Below the pieces are notes generated by a model. That model searched no databases. It was given only the letters and a program-made list of their open reading frames with translations, and had not been told where the DNA came from. A stretch of 30,498 bases of DNA from Candidatus Parcubacteria bacterium. Lineage in GTDB: Bacteria; Patescibacteriota; Minisyncoccia; Phycocordibacterales; CAIZLB01. This document shows positions 27,436 to 30,498 of the stretch, piece by piece (the stretch's first letter is position 1; each line of letters opens with the position of its first letter). The stretch spans positions 1-30,498 of the forward strand of contig JBJOQZ010000037.1 of the NCBI GenBank assembly GCA_046049705.1, read 5' to 3'. A program made the translations under genes and the position numbers.

Positions 27436-28092
27436 ATGTCACATACAGTTCACCCATATGCACATAGAATCGGAATCATCAGAGGTTGGAAGTCTCGATG
27501 GTTTTCAACTCATGCTCGTTTTCGAAAGAATCTAAAGTGTGACGTGCTTTTGCGTGAATGGCTCGAAAAGAAGATGCGAGGACAATATATTGGTGATTTT
27601 GAAATTGAACGAGGTGAGAATAATCTTCGTATCATTATCAAGACTTCACGACCAGGTATGATTATCGGTCGAAATGGAGAAGGGGCTATCAAACTCAAAA
27701 ACGATATCCTTAAATTCATGAAGAAAATTGACGCTGATACTAAGGTTGATCTCAAAGTTGAAATCGAGGAAATCAAATCTCCAGAATCAAGCGCATCTAT
27801 TGTTGCTCAAATGATTGCTGAAGGTCTTGAAAAGCGTATGCCATTCCGACGAGTTATGAAGCAAATGGTTGAAAAGGTTATGGCGAGTCGAGAAGTACAA
27901 GGTGTACGTGTATATCTTGGCGGACGACTCGGTGGAGCCGAAATGGCCCGAATCGAAGAGCTCAAAAAAGGTCGAATCCCTCTTCAGACATTCCGATCAG
28001 ATATCGATTTCAAACGATATGAAGCAAACTTGCCATATGGAAACATTGGTATTAAAGTTTGGATTTATAAAGGTGAGGTATTCAATAAATAA
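27436..28092 (+). CDS. rpsC: 30S ribosomal protein S3
   Basis: HP..HRIGI, RPGMIIG, GRLGGAEMAR, GRIPLQT, GIKVWI. Confidence 0.97.
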   Translation: MSHTVHPYAHRIGIIRGWKSRWFSTHARFRKNLKCDVLLREWLEKKMRGQYIGDFEIERGENNLRIIIKTSRPGMIIGRNGEGAIKLKNDILKFMKKIDADTKVDLKVEIEEIKSPESSASIVAQMIAEGLEKRMPFRRVMKQMVEKVMASREVQGVRVYLGGRLGGAEMARIEELKKGRIPLQTFRSDIDFKRYEANLPYGNIGIKVWIYKGEVFNK

Positions 28093-28114
28093 TTAGCAAT
28101 CTAACGTTACTCCC

Positions 28115-28558
28115 ATGTTATTCCCTAAGAAAGTTAAACATCGAAAATGGCAGACAGGCCGAAAAAATGCTAAGAAGCTCGCAACACGAGTAGAGTCTCG
28201 AGCTGCAAAGATCTCTTTCGGATCTTTCGGTCTCAAAGCACAATCTGCTGCTCGTATGACTTCAAATCAAATTGAAGCTGCTCGAAAAGCATGTTCAAGA
28301 ACTCTAGGTAAAACTGGGCGTATCTGGATTCGAGTATTTCCTGATAGACCTGTTACTCAAAAAGGTGCTGAAACACCGATGGGTAAAGGTAAAGGAGATC
28401 CAAAAGGATTCTGTTTTGAAGTATTGCCAGGCCGTATGATTTTCGAAGTAGACGGTGCTGCATCTGAAGCAGTAGCTCGAGAAGCACTCCGAAAGGCTGG
28501 CACAAAGCTTCCAATTACTACAAAAGTTCTCGCACGAACTGAATTTGAAGCCGAATAA
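28115..28558 (+). CDS. rplP: 50S ribosomal protein L16
   Basis: MLFPKKVKHRK, QIEAAR, WIRVFPD, MGKGKG. Confidence 0.97.
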   Translation: MLFPKKVKHRKWQTGRKNAKKLATRVESRAAKISFGSFGLKAQSAARMTSNQIEAARKACSRTLGKTGRIWIRVFPDRPVTQKGAETPMGKGKGDPKGFCFEVLPGRMIFEVDGAASEAVAREALRKAGTKLPITTKVLARTEFEAE

Positions 28559-28572
28559 TTTACATCACTCAC

Positions 28573-28761
28573 ATGAAAGACCTCAATACAAAATCAAAAA
28601 AAGACCTCATCAAAATGCTCAATGACAAGCGAGATTCTCTCCAGTCATTTCGATTTGGTGGCGCTGGATCAAAGGTCAAAAATGTGAAAGAAGGTAAAAA
28701 TATTCGAAAGGATATCGCCCGAATCATGACAGCATTACAGTCTGTATCGCAAACAAATTAA
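28573..28761 (+). CDS. rpmC: 50S ribosomal protein L29
   Basis: IRKDIARIMT motif; synteny. Confidence 0.9.
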   Translation: MKDLNTKSKKDLIKMLNDKRDSLQSFRFGGAGSKVKNVKEGKNIRKDIARIMTALQSVSQTN

Positions 28762-28785
28762 ATTTAATACATTAAAAGTAATATT

Positions 28786-29052
28786 ATGAACAAAACTTCT
28801 GAAGCACCAAAAATGGTACACACAACCAAAAAGCGAGTCCTCAAGGGACGAGTAGTATCTGACAAGATGCAAGATACTATCGTTGTTCTTGTAGAACGAT
28901 TCGTAAAGCTTCCTAAGTACCAAAAGTACGTAGTGCGAACAAAGCGATATAAGGCACATGATGCTGGAAACACTAAGAAGATTGGTGATATCGTAAACAT
29001 CGAAGAGTGTCGACCGATGTCAAAAGATAAGCGATTCATAGTTATCCGATAA
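28786..29052 (+). CDS. rpsQ: 30S ribosomal protein S17
   Basis: [36 protein letters not shown]. Confidence 0.96.
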   Translation: MNKTSEAPKMVHTTKKRVLKGRVVSDKMQDTIVVLVERFVKLPKYQKYVVRTKRYKAHDAGNTKKIGDIVNIEECRPMSKDKRFIVIR

Positions 29053-29062
29053 TACTAATACC

Positions 29063-29434
29063 ATGGTACAAGATAGATCACTTTTACAAGTAGCAGATAA
29101 TACAGGAGCAAAGATTGTTCGTGTATTCAAAGTGCTTGGAGCAGCAGGGAAGCGATATGCTGAAATTGGCGACACTGTTATTGTTTCTGTTCAGAAAGCT
29201 GAACCTCGAAAGACAGTTAAAAAGAAAGATGTACTTCGAGCGGTTATTGTTCGACAAAAGAAAGCTTTTCGTCGTAAAGATGGTTCATATGTTCGATTCG
29301 ATGAAAATGCAGTGGTTATCCTTGATAAAAATAAGGATGAACCTATCGCAGGTCGTATTTTCGGTCCTATCCCACGAGAAATCGCAGAGCTCGGATATCA
29401 GAAGATTGCCTCTTTGGCACCTGAGATTGTTTAA
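29063..29434 (+). CDS. rplN: 50S ribosomal protein L14
   Basis: VADNTGAK, RFDENAVV, RIFGPIPRE, SLAPEIV. Confidence 0.97.
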   Translation: MVQDRSLLQVADNTGAKIVRVFKVLGAAGKRYAEIGDTVIVSVQKAEPRKTVKKKDVLRAVIVRQKKAFRRKDGSYVRFDENAVVILDKNKDEPIAGRIFGPIPREIAELGYQKIASLAPEIV

Positions 29435-29458
29435 TCACCAATACGTAACATCACTACT

Positions 29459-29677
29459 ATGCATATCAAAAAAGGAGATACAGTAAAGGTTCTAACAGGA
29501 AAAGATGCAGGTAAAACTGGTAAAGTTTTACGTTCTTTCCCTGCGGACAATAAAGTATTGGTTGAAAAAATCAATCTTAAAAAGCGACATCAGCGATCAA
29601 GAAAACAAGGGGGTAAAGGCCAGGTAGTCGAGATGGCACATCCAATTCACGCTTCAAACGTGGTAAAGTCAAAGTAA
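29459..29677 (+). CDS. rplX: 50S ribosomal protein L24 (short, 72 aa)
   Basis: IKKGDTVKVLTGKD.GK.GKV (KOW motif), PIHASNV. Confidence 0.93.
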   Translation: MHIKKGDTVKVLTGKDAGKTGKVLRSFPADNKVLVEKINLKKRHQRSRKQGGKGQVVEMAHPIHASNVVKSK

Positions 29678-29695
29678 TAGTCTAAGTATATATTT

Positions 29696-30244
29696 ATGAA
29701 GCATACATCAATCAAAGAACTTGCAGCAAAATCTTATGACGCCCTTAAAGGTGAATTTGGATATGTAAATCTATTGCAAGCACCTAAGGTAGTGAAAGTC
29801 GTCCTTTCTTCTACAACTGGCTCAATTAAAGATCCTAAAAAGCGACAATTGATCGGTGATCGATTGGGTAAAATCTCTGGTCAGCACACAACTACAAAAG
29901 CAGCTAAAAAATCTATCGCATCTTTCAAAGTACGACAGGGAGATGCTGCTGGATGGCAGGTTACCCTTCGAGGTGAACGAATGTGGAGTTTCCTTGAGAA
30001 ACTTGTAAACGTTGCTCTTCCTCGAACGAGAGACTTTCGTGGTATTGAAGCAAAATCAATCGACGAAATGGGTAATTATACACTTGGTATCAAAGAGCAT
30101 ACTGTATTTCCTGAAACATCTGACGAAGAAATCAAGGATGTCTTTGGATTTGCGGTAACTATTGTTACTACATCAAAGTCGAAGAAAGAAACATTATCAT
30201 TACTTACTTATCTAGGATTTCCTTTTAAGAAAAAAGAAAATTAA
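29696..30244 (+). CDS. rplE: 50S ribosomal protein L5
   Basis: AKKSIASFKVRQG, VTLRG..M..F, ALPRTRDFRG, GNYTLGIKEH..FPE. Confidence 0.97.
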   Translation: MKHTSIKELAAKSYDALKGEFGYVNLLQAPKVVKVVLSSTTGSIKDPKKRQLIGDRLGKISGQHTTTKAAKKSIASFKVRQGDAAGWQVTLRGERMWSFLEKLVNVALPRTRDFRGIEAKSIDEMGNYTLGIKEHTVFPETSDEEIKDVFGFAVTIVTTSKSKKETLSLLTYLGFPFKKKEN

Positions 30245-30255
30245 TACGCAAAATA

Positions 30256-30284
30256 TTGACTTTGAGCACTAAAATTGTTAGCAT
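30256..30284 (+). promoter_or_regulatory. Internal promoter before rpsN
   Basis: TTGACT-17-TAGCAT with TGn extension. Confidence 0.6.
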
Positions 30285-30326
30285 GCTCAAAGCTCAATCA
30301 AGAGCTATTTTTTATAAAACAAATTC

Positions 30327-30498
30327 ATGGCAAAGACATCAACCTACGCAAGATCACTCAAAAAACCAAAGTTCAAAAGCCGAGTCGTTCGACGATTCTT
30401 TATATGTGGTCGAAAAAGAGGGTATATTCGAGAATTAGATATGTGCCGTATTTGTTTTAGAGAATTATCAAACGAATGAAGAATTCCAGGTATCCGAA
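30327..30498 (+). CDS. rpsN: 30S ribosomal protein S14 (type Z), 3'-truncated, with in-frame TGA at 30477 (error or pseudogene)
   Basis: Hand translation: MAKTSTYARSLKKPKFKSRVVRRFFICGRKRGYIRELDMCRICFRELSNE*RIPGIR. This matches type-Z S14 (CGR...CRICFRELA..G.IPG). It is missing from the ORF track. Confidence 0.85.

Noticed and set aside
291-30244. Genome-wide UGA=Gly recoding (code 25)
   Set aside because: All complete genes translate full-length in code 11 with many GGN Gly codons and no internal TGA. The only case is at the window edge in rpsN.
413-30460. Many short antisense or alternate-frame ORFs in the track (e.g. 16301-16807, 18968-19456, 19851-20477, 21631-22089, 29115-29486, 30256-30438, 30275-30460)
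   Set aside because: They overlap well-supported genes, show no recognisable motifs and are expected shadow ORFs.

Overview
AT-rich bacterial chromosomal window, most likely Patescibacteria/CPR (Parcubacteria-like). This assignment is inferred from the absence of Shine-Dalgarno motifs, two-gene ComEC with an HIVVLSGxN motif, RNase HI with a C-terminal hybrid-binding domain, pilin-like genes and a short L24. The left third holds the end of a type IV pilin-like cluster, tpiA, pgk, a HIT protein, recJ, rnhA, comEC (membrane part), a Fe/Mn SOD, a ComEC-type MBL nuclease, rpmB and a site-2 protease. The rest is the str-S10-spc ribosomal cluster (rpsL to partial rpsN). That cluster is broken at rpsG/fusA and rplB/rpsS by cassettes of secreted or surface proteins and carries extra promoters before fusA, tuf, rpsS and rpsN. 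Main points of interest: a dense DnaA-box cluster at 9.25-9.32 kb with no dnaA nearby; a GC-rich, apparently foreign secreted-protein gene with a Verrucomicrobia-like C-terminal motif; probable leaderless transcription of non-ribosomal genes; a roughly 330-nt structured tuf leader; a one-residue deletion in the S12 decoding loop; strong CGA-Arg bias; and an in-frame TGA at a Gly position in rpsN at the window edge (probably sequencing error). No rRNA, tRNA, CRISPR array or transposase was recognised.
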